Assembly (NCBI GenBank): GCA_038045185.1
Contig: JBBSYO010000007.1
Coordinates: 18 to 64,017, forward strand
Reading direction: 5' to 3'
Origin: Nanobdellota archaeon
GTDB taxonomy: Archaea > Nanobdellota > Nanobdellia > Pacearchaeales > GW2011-AR1
DNA length: 64,000 nucleotides
The stretch's first letter is position 1. Each line of letters opens with the position of its first letter. A model generated the notes under the pieces. The model ran no database searches, was not told where the DNA came from, and worked only from the letters and a program-made list of their open reading frames with translations. Position numbers and translations under genes: made by a program. Below are positions 42,801 through 50,877 of the stretch, in pieces.

Positions 42801-44516
42801 ATGGCACCCCAAAGCGAAAAAAGACCCACGCGAGAATTTTTTGTTAATGAGTATCTAAATAAACGCCGCTCTGCTCTAAGCATAGCTAAACAACTGGGTG
42901 TTGGAGAAACAACTATTTTTAGATGGATGGACAGTTATGGTATGCCGAGAAGAACATCCTCTGAAAATCAAAATCCTCTTTATGGCAAAGAGCCTTCAAG
43001 GGAGGAGCTAATAGAATTGCATCATCAGAAGCATATATCAATTAATTCAATTGCGGAGAAATTTAATACTTCATGGGGAAATATCCAAAGACTATTTAAA
43101 AAACACGGGATAAAAATAAAAAGTCACGATGAGATAATACTGCCTAAGGATTTTGTCAAGCCCTCTAAGAACGAATTAAGGAAACTTTATTATGACGACA
43201 ATCTAAGCACCAAGCAAATTGCTAAAAAATTTGATAGAAATAGTTCCACCATTCGTTCATGGCTTTATAAAAACAATATTCAATTAAAGAAAACGATACC
43301 AGATAAATTTCCCCACAATTATTGGAGTAAGGAGACAATTATTAATAGAATAAAAAATATCCATCATGAAAATGGAGATTTATCTGCAAAATTTTGTTCT
43401 GTGCATAGAAGGAAGCTTTTTCAAGCGACTTTAAATTATTTTGGTTCGTGGAAGAATGGAGTTAACGCTTCGGGTTTAGATTACACTAAAGTTTTGAGGA
43501 TAAAACAATGGACAGAGAAAGAAATTTTAAATGAAATTAAATGGTCATATAATAAAGGAATAAACTTATCGCATAAAAATATAATTAAAATTAATAAAAA
43601 GTTGATTACTGCTTCTGAGAACAACTTTGGTAGCTGGGCAAAGGCAGTCCAAGCTGCAGGAATTGATTATTATGGCAAGGTAGCGATTAATAAGAATAAA
43701 TATTGGACAAAAGAAAAGATAATTGACCAGATAAAATCTCTCTATTCTAAAGAAAAAGACCTGTCTTTTGGATTTGTAAAGAATGGGGAATACGGGGGAT
43801 TACTTTATGCATCAATTATTAAATTTGGTTCCTGGGAAAATGCGTTGCAAGAAGCAGGAATAGATTATCAAAAAATCTCTAAATTAAAAGCACAAACGAA
43901 GAGTTTTAAAGCTAAATTACGAGCTGAATTAACAAAAGAAAAACTTCAAGAACTGTATGTTGAAAAACGACTTTCAACAATTGAGATTGGTTTAATTTAT
44001 GGAGTTTCACCTAATCCAATAACTGTTTTACTTAAAAAAAATAATATAGAATTGAATAGACCAAAATATGGTTATAAAAAACTCGTTGTCTGCAAGGACG
44101 GACATAAGGTTAAATCAAATCTTGAAAGAAATGTATGCGACTGGCTACATGAAAAGGGAATTGAACATGAATACGAACCCAAATACCATAAAAGTAAATA
44201 TTATGGAAACAGTTTTAAAGCAGACTTTAAAATAGGAAAATTTAATATTGAAATTCTTGGAATGCTGGGGATTCCAAAATATGAAATGAATTTTGAGAAG
44301 AAAACGACCCAGTTTATGATGGTTGGAGGAGCAGGTTCAGCCTGCTTCAAAGGAGAAGACTATGAATTATATAAAAACTTAATAGACAAAGAAAATAAAG
44401 ATGTTATTGTAATTGTCGAACCAAAAAAGAAAATTTTGAGTAAAGAAGAAATTACTCGTCAAATCGGTTTTCTTATTCCATTATTTAGCAAAAATCAAAA
44501 AAATCTTACTACTTAA
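42801..44516 (+). CDS. Multi-HTH protein with homing-endonuclease-associated repeats and a C-terminal PD-(D/E)XK/Vsr-like nuclease-like domain
   Basis: 571 aa with several sigma-70-region-4-like HTH modules (SIAKQLGVGETTIFRW, SIAEKFNTSWGNIQRL, QIAKKFDRNSSTIRSW, EIGLIYGVSPNPITVL). There are three (F/Y)GSW..(A/G)V.A(A/S)G(I/L)DY repeats. The C-terminus reads SNLERNVCDWLHEKGIEHEYEP...FKADFKIGKFNIEILG. Confidence 0.6.
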   Translation: MAPQSEKRPTREFFVNEYLNKRRSALSIAKQLGVGETTIFRWMDSYGMPRRTSSENQNPLYGKEPSREELIELHHQKHISINSIAEKFNTSWGNIQRLFKKHGIKIKSHDEIILPKDFVKPSKNELRKLYYDDNLSTKQIAKKFDRNSSTIRSWLYKNNIQLKKTIPDKFPHNYWSKETIINRIKNIHHENGDLSAKFCSVHRRKLFQATLNYFGSWKNGVNASGLDYTKVLRIKQWTEKEILNEIKWSYNKGINLSHKNIIKINKKLITASENNFGSWAKAVQAAGIDYYGKVAINKNKYWTKEKIIDQIKSLYSKEKDLSFGFVKNGEYGGLLYASIIKFGSWENALQEAGIDYQKISKLKAQTKSFKAKLRAELTKEKLQELYVEKRLSTIEIGLIYGVSPNPITVLLKKNNIELNRPKYGYKKLVVCKDGHKVKSNLERNVCDWLHEKGIEHEYEPKYHKSKYYGNSFKADFKIGKFNIEILGMLGIPKYEMNFEKKTTQFMMVGGAGSACFKGEDYELYKNLIDKENKDVIVIVEPKKKILSKEEITRQIGFLIPLFSKNQKNLTT

Positions 44517-45433
44517 ACCGGTGGCTGCAGAGCATCCCAGCCTTCAATGAATTTCTGAATAGGCGGAACTTCAATTCCGAGTTTTTTCTTTTCAATATAT
44601 CCCCTCGTGAGCAGATAAAACACCATTCCCAAGCTCTTCCAGCTCTTGTTGTTTCCAGGAAGAACAAAATCAATACCAGCAGTGAAATTATTCGTATCGC
44701 AGACGCTCATAACTTTAAGCTTCACCCGATTCGCATCCGCAACAGCATTTTTGTCAAGCCACGGATCGCAAATAAATACCAAGTCCGTTTCAAAGAAATT
44801 TTCAAGATTGGTATTCGTTAGAACACCCGCAGGATACTTTTTCGTAAACGCACGAATCCCCAAGGTTTCTGCAAACACATTAACTGCCTTCCAGCCAGCT
44901 TCACGCTTGCACACCACAATCATGTCTTTTGCATCAAACTGCGCGAGGTAGTCAATAGCTTCCCGCATTTTATCGTCAAGCAAAGACGTATTAAACACTG
45001 CAAGACCATCAGCTCTGCGTCGGTAAACGCATTTGCGCATATCTGGTGTAATCACACGCGTTCCCAGATGAATACTTGACTTCAGATAATCCTCAATCGG
45101 AACGAGCATCTCTTTTTTCTCTTCTTTCTCGCCCGTGACTTTCTCTTTAATAGTGGTCTTGTCATCTCCGCTCACTTTGCTCTCAAGCAATTTTGCTTTT
45201 GCCTTCAGCGCCGCTAATTTAGCTTTTTTGCTGTCTGCTTCGCCAGATTTCTCTTCAGTTTTATCAGAACTTTTTTTCTTGCTCTTCTTATCAAGAGTTG
45301 TCTCATCCGCAAGCTCTTTTACATCTGCTTCAACTTCTTCGGCAACTTTCTCGACTTTCTCTTTGACTTCGCTCGCCGCGCCAGCCACAGCCGATTCAAT
45401 TTGCTCAGCTTCGTCAGTTTTCTTTTTCGCCAT
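44513..45433 (-). CDS. rps2: Ribosomal protein S2 with ~100-aa K/E-rich N-terminal extension
   Basis: The core is LVPIEDYLKSSIHLGTRV...VVCKREAGWKAVNVFAETLG...FICDPWLDKNAVADANRVKLKVMSVCDTN. The N-terminal third is low-complexity and rich in K/E/A/S. Confidence 0.85.
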   Translation of the reverse strand: MAKKKTDEAEQIESAVAGAASEVKEKVEKVAEEVEADVKELADETTLDKKSKKKSSDKTEEKSGEADSKKAKLAALKAKAKLLESKVSGDDKTTIKEKVTGEKEEKKEMLVPIEDYLKSSIHLGTRVITPDMRKCVYRRRADGLAVFNTSLLDDKMREAIDYLAQFDAKDMIVVCKREAGWKAVNVFAETLGIRAFTKKYPAGVLTNTNLENFFETDLVFICDPWLDKNAVADANRVKLKVMSVCDTNNFTAGIDFVLPGNNKSWKSLGMVFYLLTRGYIEKKKLGIEVPPIQKFIEGWDALQPPV

Positions 45434-45448
45434 TTTTATAAATAGGAT

Positions 45449-45709
45449 TTATTTCATACCTGGTTCCTGCAGGTACCCTCCATTTAACCATTCCTTCACC
45501 AATCGATTCAACCTCTTAACAATTGCACCACGCATAGTCTCTCCCTCTTTATAATGCATCACTCTACCTCCTGCTTGTCCTTGTGTTCTGTCCTCTCTCC
45601 GATCATGATAAAATATTTCGGTTTCTTCTCGACCGTCGGGAGTCCTCACACCTATTGCTACGCATATAAGTTCTTTTCCATCTTTGTTTCTTGCTTTATG
45701 GTTTGCCAT
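45449..45709 (-). CDS. Hypothetical 86-aa protein
   Basis: ORF only. No motif was recognised. Confidence 0.35.
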   Translation of the reverse strand: MANHKARNKDGKELICVAIGVRTPDGREETEIFYHDRREDRTQGQAGGRVMHYKEGETMRGAIVKRLNRLVKEWLNGGYLQEPGMK

Positions 45710-45876
45710 GTTTGCTTTTGTAAATCTGAAATAACAAGTGCAGGGGTTAATCTGGATTTGTTTCAGCCAGTACCTGCTATGTTAAAATCTTTTGGGAGAG
45801 GGGGTTTTTAAATTGTTCTGTTTGCCCAGTTTGTTTTATTCCGAATATTTTAAATAGTTAATTGCGCTATGTTGAT

Positions 45877-45979
45877 GTGTCGTGGCCACCACGGGAAGTC
45901 TTGTTATGTAACAAGAGAGTACTAGGGGATTAAAAGGACCCTTGGGATCGATTTCACGCCCCCAAGTAATCCAGACACC
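45877..45979 (+). ncRNA. Candidate ~100-nt structured small RNA with own promoter and T-run terminator
   Basis: TTTTAAATAG box lies about 25 nt upstream. The terminal helix is GUGUC(G)UGG / CCAGACAC, with an internal perfect hairpin CUUGUU-AUGU-AACAAG. That hairpin is flanked by GGGAAGU and GAGUACU, a loop-E/sarcin-ricin-like GAA/AGUA pairing. A TTCTTTTTATT run follows. Confidence 0.4.
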
Positions 45980-46031
45980 TTCTTTTTATTCAGATTTTAT
46001 TCAGAAAGTAAATATATCGCTCCTCGATAAC

Positions 46032-46316
46032 CTAATTCCTTAAAACATTTAACAATTCATTATAAGGATATTTCCCATTATGTTTCCATGTCTGCCTATG
46101 AGTTTGAATAATTGCATATTGTTTTGCTCCTTCTCTTGCCCTATGCCATCCAAGCCTCTTTCTCCATCCTATTGAATTTCTAATTTTCCTTTCGCAAAGA
46201 TTACTATCTAAACTTATTCCTTCAATTTCGATTGCAGTCAGCCAATGATATCTATATGCAATTAATCTGTTATCGATAATACTTTTAGCTTCTTTACACC
46301 AGTGTTTGTAATTTAT
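46032..46316 (-). pseudogene. IS66-family transposase C-terminal remnant
   Basis: The minus-strand frame has no start codon: ...IAYRYHWLTAIEIEGISLDSNLCERKIRNSIGWRKRLGWHRAREGAKQYAIIQTHRQTWKHNGKYPYNELLNVLRN*. It matches the IS66 C-terminal pattern DNN.AER.IR...RKN..F.GS..GA....SLI.T.KLNG..P..YL..VL. Confidence 0.55.
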
Positions 46317-46449
46317 TAGAATTTTTGGGTTGAATACCCCACAGCTTGCTGTGGAGTAAAAATTCTAATTAGAAAATCGTGGAGTAGAAATTTCCGAATA
46401 CCGCGGAGCTTGCTCCGGTTCGGTAGGAAATTTCAACGATTTTCTTTAT
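46312..46449. repeat. Nested-hairpin repeat element, copy B (longer)
   Basis: Same element as 27782-27879, plus an extra internal hairpin GAAATTTCC-GAATACCGCGGAGCTTGCTCCGGTTCGG-TAGGAAATTTC. It abuts the IS66 remnant. Confidence 0.8.
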
Positions 46450-46530
46450 TTAACTTTTTCTATTTTTTTACCATCTTCTCGCTCTTTCTTCCAAAACAGC
46501 AGATCTTCTTTAATCTCCTGCAACTTTTTC

Positions 46531-47727
46531 TCAAATTTCTTTTATTAACTCCCAAATATATTTTCCTTTTCTCTCCCCTTTTAATCCAACAGTTGCTGTT
46601 TTGCACTTATAATTTCCTGAAAAGAACCTTAAATTACTATTATCCATATTTTGAAAGTTAAGCTTGACCTCAATCGCATAAATCTCTTTGTTTTTAACTA
46701 TAAAATCAATTTCCTGCTTATTTGTTGTTCTCCAGAAATTAATTTTTTTCCCAGATTTCATTAATTCAAGAAAGACAAATGTCTCAAAAGAGTTTCCTAA
46801 TATAACCTTGGGAAATTCTTTTAGCCACAAAAGATGCATCATCCCAGTATCCAAGAAAAATATCTTGGGATTCTTTGAAATCTCGCTTCTTAAATTTTTA
46901 TGAAACGGAGTTACTCTTTTTATTATAAATGTATTTTCCAGCAAATCAAGATATTCCAAAACAGTTTCCCTATTAATCTTAAGTGTGTTTGAAATCTCCA
47001 AAACATTGAGTAATTGCCCTGATTGTGAAGCAAGGAGCTCAAGAAGCTTATTGAATGCTGAAATGTTCCTAATGTTGCCTATATCTCTTATATCTTTTCT
47101 TACATATGTGTTAATTATCTGTCCCAAAAATGTTTGTTTTTTCTCCTCTGAATTTTCCAAAACAATTTTTGGGTATCCGCCAAATCGTATATATTCTTCA
47201 GCCAATTCAATCAATTCTTTATTTATTGTTTCTTCATTTTCCTTGTTCAATTTGTAATTTTTGTTTTTGAATACCAGAAATTCTTCAAAGCTTAGAGGAT
47301 AAAGCTCAAAATTAATCGTTCTTCCAGCAAGGCTCTCTTTAAATTTCTTTTTAATTTCAAAAGTTGATGACCCAGAAACTATCAATTTTAAGGCAGGATA
47401 ATGGTCATGCATTATTTTCAAGAATTTTGTCGGATCATCCATATATTGAATCTCATCAATTATAAGGAAAATTTTACTTTTTTCATCGGCTCCCTTTTGA
47501 ATTAAATATTTAAAAACACTTTCTGCTCCTTGATTGCATAATTCCAGCAAATTTGGTAACTCTAAGTCAAAATAAAAATGATTCTTTTTAATGTGATTTT
47601 CAATCAAATATTTCAATACGGAAGTTTTTCCAACTTGCCTCGCCCCATAAATTACAATTATTTCTCTTGACCCCAAATATTTTACAATCTCCTTATCAAT
47701 TTTTCTTTTGTATATTATCTCTGCCAT
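46531..47727 (-). CDS. AAA-type ATPase with DUF4143-like C-terminal domain
   Basis: 398 aa with Walker A GARQVGKTS and Walker B LIIDEIQ. Paralog of 10016..11251. Confidence 0.8.
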   Translation of the reverse strand: MAEIIYKRKIDKEIVKYLGSREIIVIYGARQVGKTSVLKYLIENHIKKNHFYFDLELPNLLELCNQGAESVFKYLIQKGADEKSKIFLIIDEIQYMDDPTKFLKIMHDHYPALKLIVSGSSTFEIKKKFKESLAGRTINFELYPLSFEEFLVFKNKNYKLNKENEETINKELIELAEEYIRFGGYPKIVLENSEEKKQTFLGQIINTYVRKDIRDIGNIRNISAFNKLLELLASQSGQLLNVLEISNTLKINRETVLEYLDLLENTFIIKRVTPFHKNLRSEISKNPKIFFLDTGMMHLLWLKEFPKVILGNSFETFVFLELMKSGKKINFWRTTNKQEIDFIVKNKEIYAIEVKLNFQNMDNSNLRFFSGNYKCKTATVGLKGERKGKYIWELIKEI

Positions 47728-47916
47728 TTTATTAGGTTATTTGTATAGTATGATATACATAAAACATAGTTTATAAATCTTCCCTAACCTCGTTTTCTGT
47801 CGGGCTTTTTTCCCTTGAGTTTAATTAACCTTTCTTCCAGCACAGGCAATTCCTCCTTTATTTCCTGCAACCCTTCTTCATACTTCTTCATTCGAATATT
47901 ATAAACTAAACGTATC

Positions 47917-48008
47917 TATAGTCAAGGACACTGAAAATTGAGCGTTTGTGCCTTGACTATCAAGGGAAAGACATACAATCTTGCTCAATTATTTATGTCT
48001 TTCACTAT
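47917..48008. repeat. ~92-nt two-hairpin repeat, copy A
   Basis: TAGTCAAGGACAC...GTGCCTTGACTA followed by GAAAGACATA...TATGTCTTTC. The second copy is at 54479-54572. Confidence 0.8.
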
Positions 48009-48253
48009 ACTTAGGCGTCTGAAGTTGCCAGTCGATAAGCAAAAATCCATAAAAAATTCATTCCGTCGCTGAGCTTCAGAAAGCTAAGCAAGTACTGTTG
48101 ACCCATGGATGTGAACGAACAAGCAGGTTCTAATTCTTTTAAGTAGGATGAACAGAAAGAACCCTGTAATTAAATTTATCGACGTGTATAGGACTTTATT
48201 TAAGTCCGTGACTATAGTACATAGTCCGCTTGAAATTTTTAAATAAAAATCAG

Positions 48254-48370
48254 CTATATTTTTAGAGGCTCGCCGTAACACCACGCAAATGGTTTTGCTT
48301 TTTTATTATAGCTCTCAATAAATTTCATAATTCGTTCAATCTCCGAAGCTTCAACCTTGAAGCGAGGATT
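48254..48370 (-). pseudogene. Possible IS630-like transposase C-terminal remnant
   Basis: The minus-strand frame ...RFKVEASEIERIMKFIESYNKKAKPFAWCYGEPLKI* resembles the ...F(I)..YN...KPF.W tail of IS630/DDE_3 transposases. The fragment is only about 38 aa. Confidence 0.3.
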
Positions 48371-48377
48371 AGAAAAT

Positions 48378-49517
48378 TCACTTTAACGAATTTTCTATCT
48401 CTTCCATCCTCTTCAACTTACACTCTCTCCACTTCGTCGCAATTCCGCACTTGATAAAGTCGCACTGAAAAGCAAAGGCATAATCCGCAAGCGCATCATC
48501 CATAGTTTCCCCGCTTCTGTGCGACATAACTGTTTTTATGTTGTGCTTCTTGCACAATTCAATAATCTCCCGCACTTCAAGTAGCGAGCCATTCTGATTC
48601 GGTTTGACAATCATGGCATTTATAGAACGATTTTCTATCGCTCTTTGCAATCTGTCAATATGAGTTGCAGTCAAATCATCCCCAACAATCATAGCTTCAC
48701 GGCATAATCTCTTAATCTCAGAAAAACCTTCAAAATCCTCTTCTTGCAACGGGTCTTCAACATAAAAAATTCCATAATCTTTCACGAGTTTAACGACATG
48801 CTCTATATGCGCTGGCTGCGTTCTCTCAATTATGCGATAGTCATACAACTCATCTTCATAAAAACTCGAAGCCGCAATATCAACGCCAATATCAATATTG
48901 CTATATTCAGAAAGAAATTTTAGGGCTTCTTCATCATTCAAATTCGCGCTCCATGCACCTTCATCATTCACCTTGCCCGTTTTTAGCCCCTTTCCAATAT
49001 CTGCATAAGTTTTTTTCATCATCTTAACGTTATCTGAAAAAGTTTTTTCCTTCGGCACAAGAAGAAATTCCTGAAAAACAGGTTTAATTTTTCCTTTTGT
49101 ATGCAGCCCCCCACCAATAACATTTCCAACAGGTCTCGGAAATCTACGCACATGCGAATTTAAAACTTCCCACAGCTCTTTTTTCTGTTCAGCAGCAAGA
49201 GTCTTCAGAATCGCAGACTCAAATGAAAAAAGCGCATTGCCCCCGAATAAGCGCGCTTCTTTCAACTTCAATTTCTTTTTGATAATTTCTTCAACAAAAA
49301 TTAAATCATCAAATTTCCGCACTTGTACCCCCTCATCCCATGCATTCAGGAAGCCAACGCAAAATTTCAAGTCTTTGTAATATGGCTTAGTTTCATATTT
49401 CCCTGTTGATTTTCCAGAAGGCGAGCTTGCAGGTTCAGCGCCATTTACAGAAACCTCAATCGTCTTTTCGCCCCGAGAATCTTTTATAGCGCGAGACTTG
49501 ACCTCTTTTATTAACAT
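48378..49517 (-). CDS. eno: Enolase (short form)
   Basis: ATG at 49517 behind AAGGAGAAGG. N-terminal IKEVKSRAIKDSRGEKTIEV and the SHRSGETMDD signature are present. Confidence 0.85.
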   Translation of the reverse strand: MLIKEVKSRAIKDSRGEKTIEVSVNGAEPASSPSGKSTGKYETKPYYKDLKFCVGFLNAWDEGVQVRKFDDLIFVEEIIKKKLKLKEARLFGGNALFSFESAILKTLAAEQKKELWEVLNSHVRRFPRPVGNVIGGGLHTKGKIKPVFQEFLLVPKEKTFSDNVKMMKKTYADIGKGLKTGKVNDEGAWSANLNDEEALKFLSEYSNIDIGVDIAASSFYEDELYDYRIIERTQPAHIEHVVKLVKDYGIFYVEDPLQEEDFEGFSEIKRLCREAMIVGDDLTATHIDRLQRAIENRSINAMIVKPNQNGSLLEVREIIELCKKHNIKTVMSHRSGETMDDALADYAFAFQCDFIKCGIATKWRECKLKRMEEIENSLK

Positions 49518-49518
49518 C

Positions 49519-50232
49519 TCATTCGCCTTCTCCTTTTTTGTTAACAAAATAGATGCAATCGCCCTTATCGCTGCTATAGTGCGAAATGGCGTATCCGGTT
49601 ATATTTTCTCGCAATAGTTGTACAATTGCGTTAGAAGGGTTCACGGCAGAGTTTTTCCCAAAGATTATATAAGTAGACGGCTTGTTAGCATATAAACTTG
49701 TCTTAACTTCATCAAATTTTCTATTCACGTCATCAGTTTCTTTGATAAATATGACATTTTTCTCAACATTCTCCAGAGTTTCTTTTACAACTGACTTTAG
49801 CTCGGCAATTGAGTCTATCTTGGGCGCAATATTGCCAATAAGGGCTGCAAAAATCCCCCTCTGGACGAATTGAGCGATATGCAGTCCTCTGGTTTGGAAT
49901 CTCAGCACTATCTTATCTCGAAGATCTTGTAGTTTATCAAACTGTCTTCTAGACTCCAGTTTTCGAAGTGCTAGCCCCATTTGTATTAGTATGCGAAGTT
50001 CCTTGTCTTCAACATATTTCTTCGAAAGATCCCATTCACCAGTCTTAAGCTGTTCCTTAACTATTTGTATAGTCTCGGAATTGCCTATAAACGCAACATC
50101 CCTATTCCTAAACCTGTTAGCAAGCGAGACAATTTGTTCACGGGTAAAATTTAGAATAGCACTGGTTACGCCTTCTGCTATCTCCGGAAGAGAATTATCT
50201 CCCACATTACAAGACCTCTCCGTATTCCTCAA
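49519..50232 (-). CDS. Hypothetical protein inserted between rpoK and eno
   Basis: About 228-237 aa depending on whether the start is TTG at 50232 or GTG at 50205. The stop is 1 nt from the eno ATG. No motif was recognised. Confidence 0.45.
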   Translation of the reverse strand: MRNTERSCNVGDNSLPEIAEGVTSAILNFTREQIVSLANRFRNRDVAFIGNSETIQIVKEQLKTGEWDLSKKYVEDKELRILIQMGLALRKLESRRQFDKLQDLRDKIVLRFQTRGLHIAQFVQRGIFAALIGNIAPKIDSIAELKSVVKETLENVEKNVIFIKETDDVNRKFDEVKTSLYANKPSTYIIFGKNSAVNPSNAIVQLLRENITGYAISHYSSDKGDCIYFVNKKGEGE

Positions 50233-50449
50233 TGTAGGAAGCTATGCTAAGAGGGTTATCGTCTAAGACTATTGTGCTGCCGGGTAGTATGACCATGTTA
50301 TCAACGAGAACTGGCTGGTCGATGTACTTATCAAATACCTTTGTTCCGTCTTTGAAAAAGATAAATCTTCCTTCGCAGTAGTATCCCAATTCTTCCAAAA
50401 GAGCAACTTTAGCGGATATCGGGAAAGTTTTCAGAGATAGTAGTTCCAT
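50207..50449 (-). CDS. Hypothetical 80-aa protein inserted between rpoK and eno
   Basis: ATG start. The stop overlaps the start region of the next ORF. No motif was recognised. Confidence 0.45.
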   Translation of the reverse strand: MELLSLKTFPISAKVALLEELGYYCEGRFIFFKDGTKVFDKYIDQPVLVDNMVILPGSTIVLDDNPLSIASYIEEYGEVL

Positions 50450-50490
50450 ATCTTAATGATGTTTAAATGATATATAAACTTTTAGAGTAA

Positions 50491-50877
50491 TTACGCCTCT
50501 TCTTCTCCCGGGGTCTCTTCCCGAACAGCATCACTATCGTCTTCCTCGACGAATCCCTGCTCAACCGCTTTCTCGCTCATTTCCTCTTCAATCTCTTTCT
50601 CTTTAGCGATAATCTTCTCGTCATCAATTTTCTCTTCCTTGAGTTCAAGCAGCTTGCCAATGCGCTTCTTCGGCAACGGTCTGTAGACGCTGATTGGCAG
50701 CACGTCAGATTCAAACTCGCGCTCAGCAATTTTCAGGGGGTCATATCGCATGTTTTCAAGTTCTTCCTTTGTAATCTTCAGAAGGACAGGCGCATCCATC
50801 GCAATCTGCAGTGCGCGCGCTCCAATAATGCGCGCTATTTCGTACTTGGTGAATGTCTCGTGCAGTTTGACCGTCAT
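50491..50877 (-). CDS. rpoK: DNA-directed RNA polymerase subunit K (Rpo6/omega-like) with acidic C-terminal tail
   Basis: [22 protein letters not shown] core. The start overlaps the rrp42 stop (ATGA). Confidence 0.85.
   Translation of the reverse strand: MTVKLHETFTKYEIARIIGARALQIAMDAPVLLKITKEELENMRYDPLKIAEREFESDVLPISVYRPLPKKRIGKLLELKEEKIDDEKIIAKEKEIEEEMSEKAVEQGFVEEDDSDAVREETPGEEEA

Noticed and set aside
45877..45979. Calling the candidate small RNA a 5S rRNA
   Set aside because: At about 103 nt it is too short. It lacks the CCGAAC...GAAGUUAAGC loop C/helix III region. The GAA and AGUA strands are in the opposite order to 5S loop E. It is kept only as an unclassified ncRNA candidate.
46410..46661. 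83-aa low-complexity ORF (F/L/K-rich)
   Set aside because: It runs antisense across the repeat element and the 3' end of the DUF4143 ATPase gene. Its composition reflects AT-rich sequence only.
48084..48284. 66-aa ORF between the two-hairpin repeat and eno
   Set aside because: It has no motif, a hydrophobic junk-like sequence, and lies in a decayed mobile-element zone.
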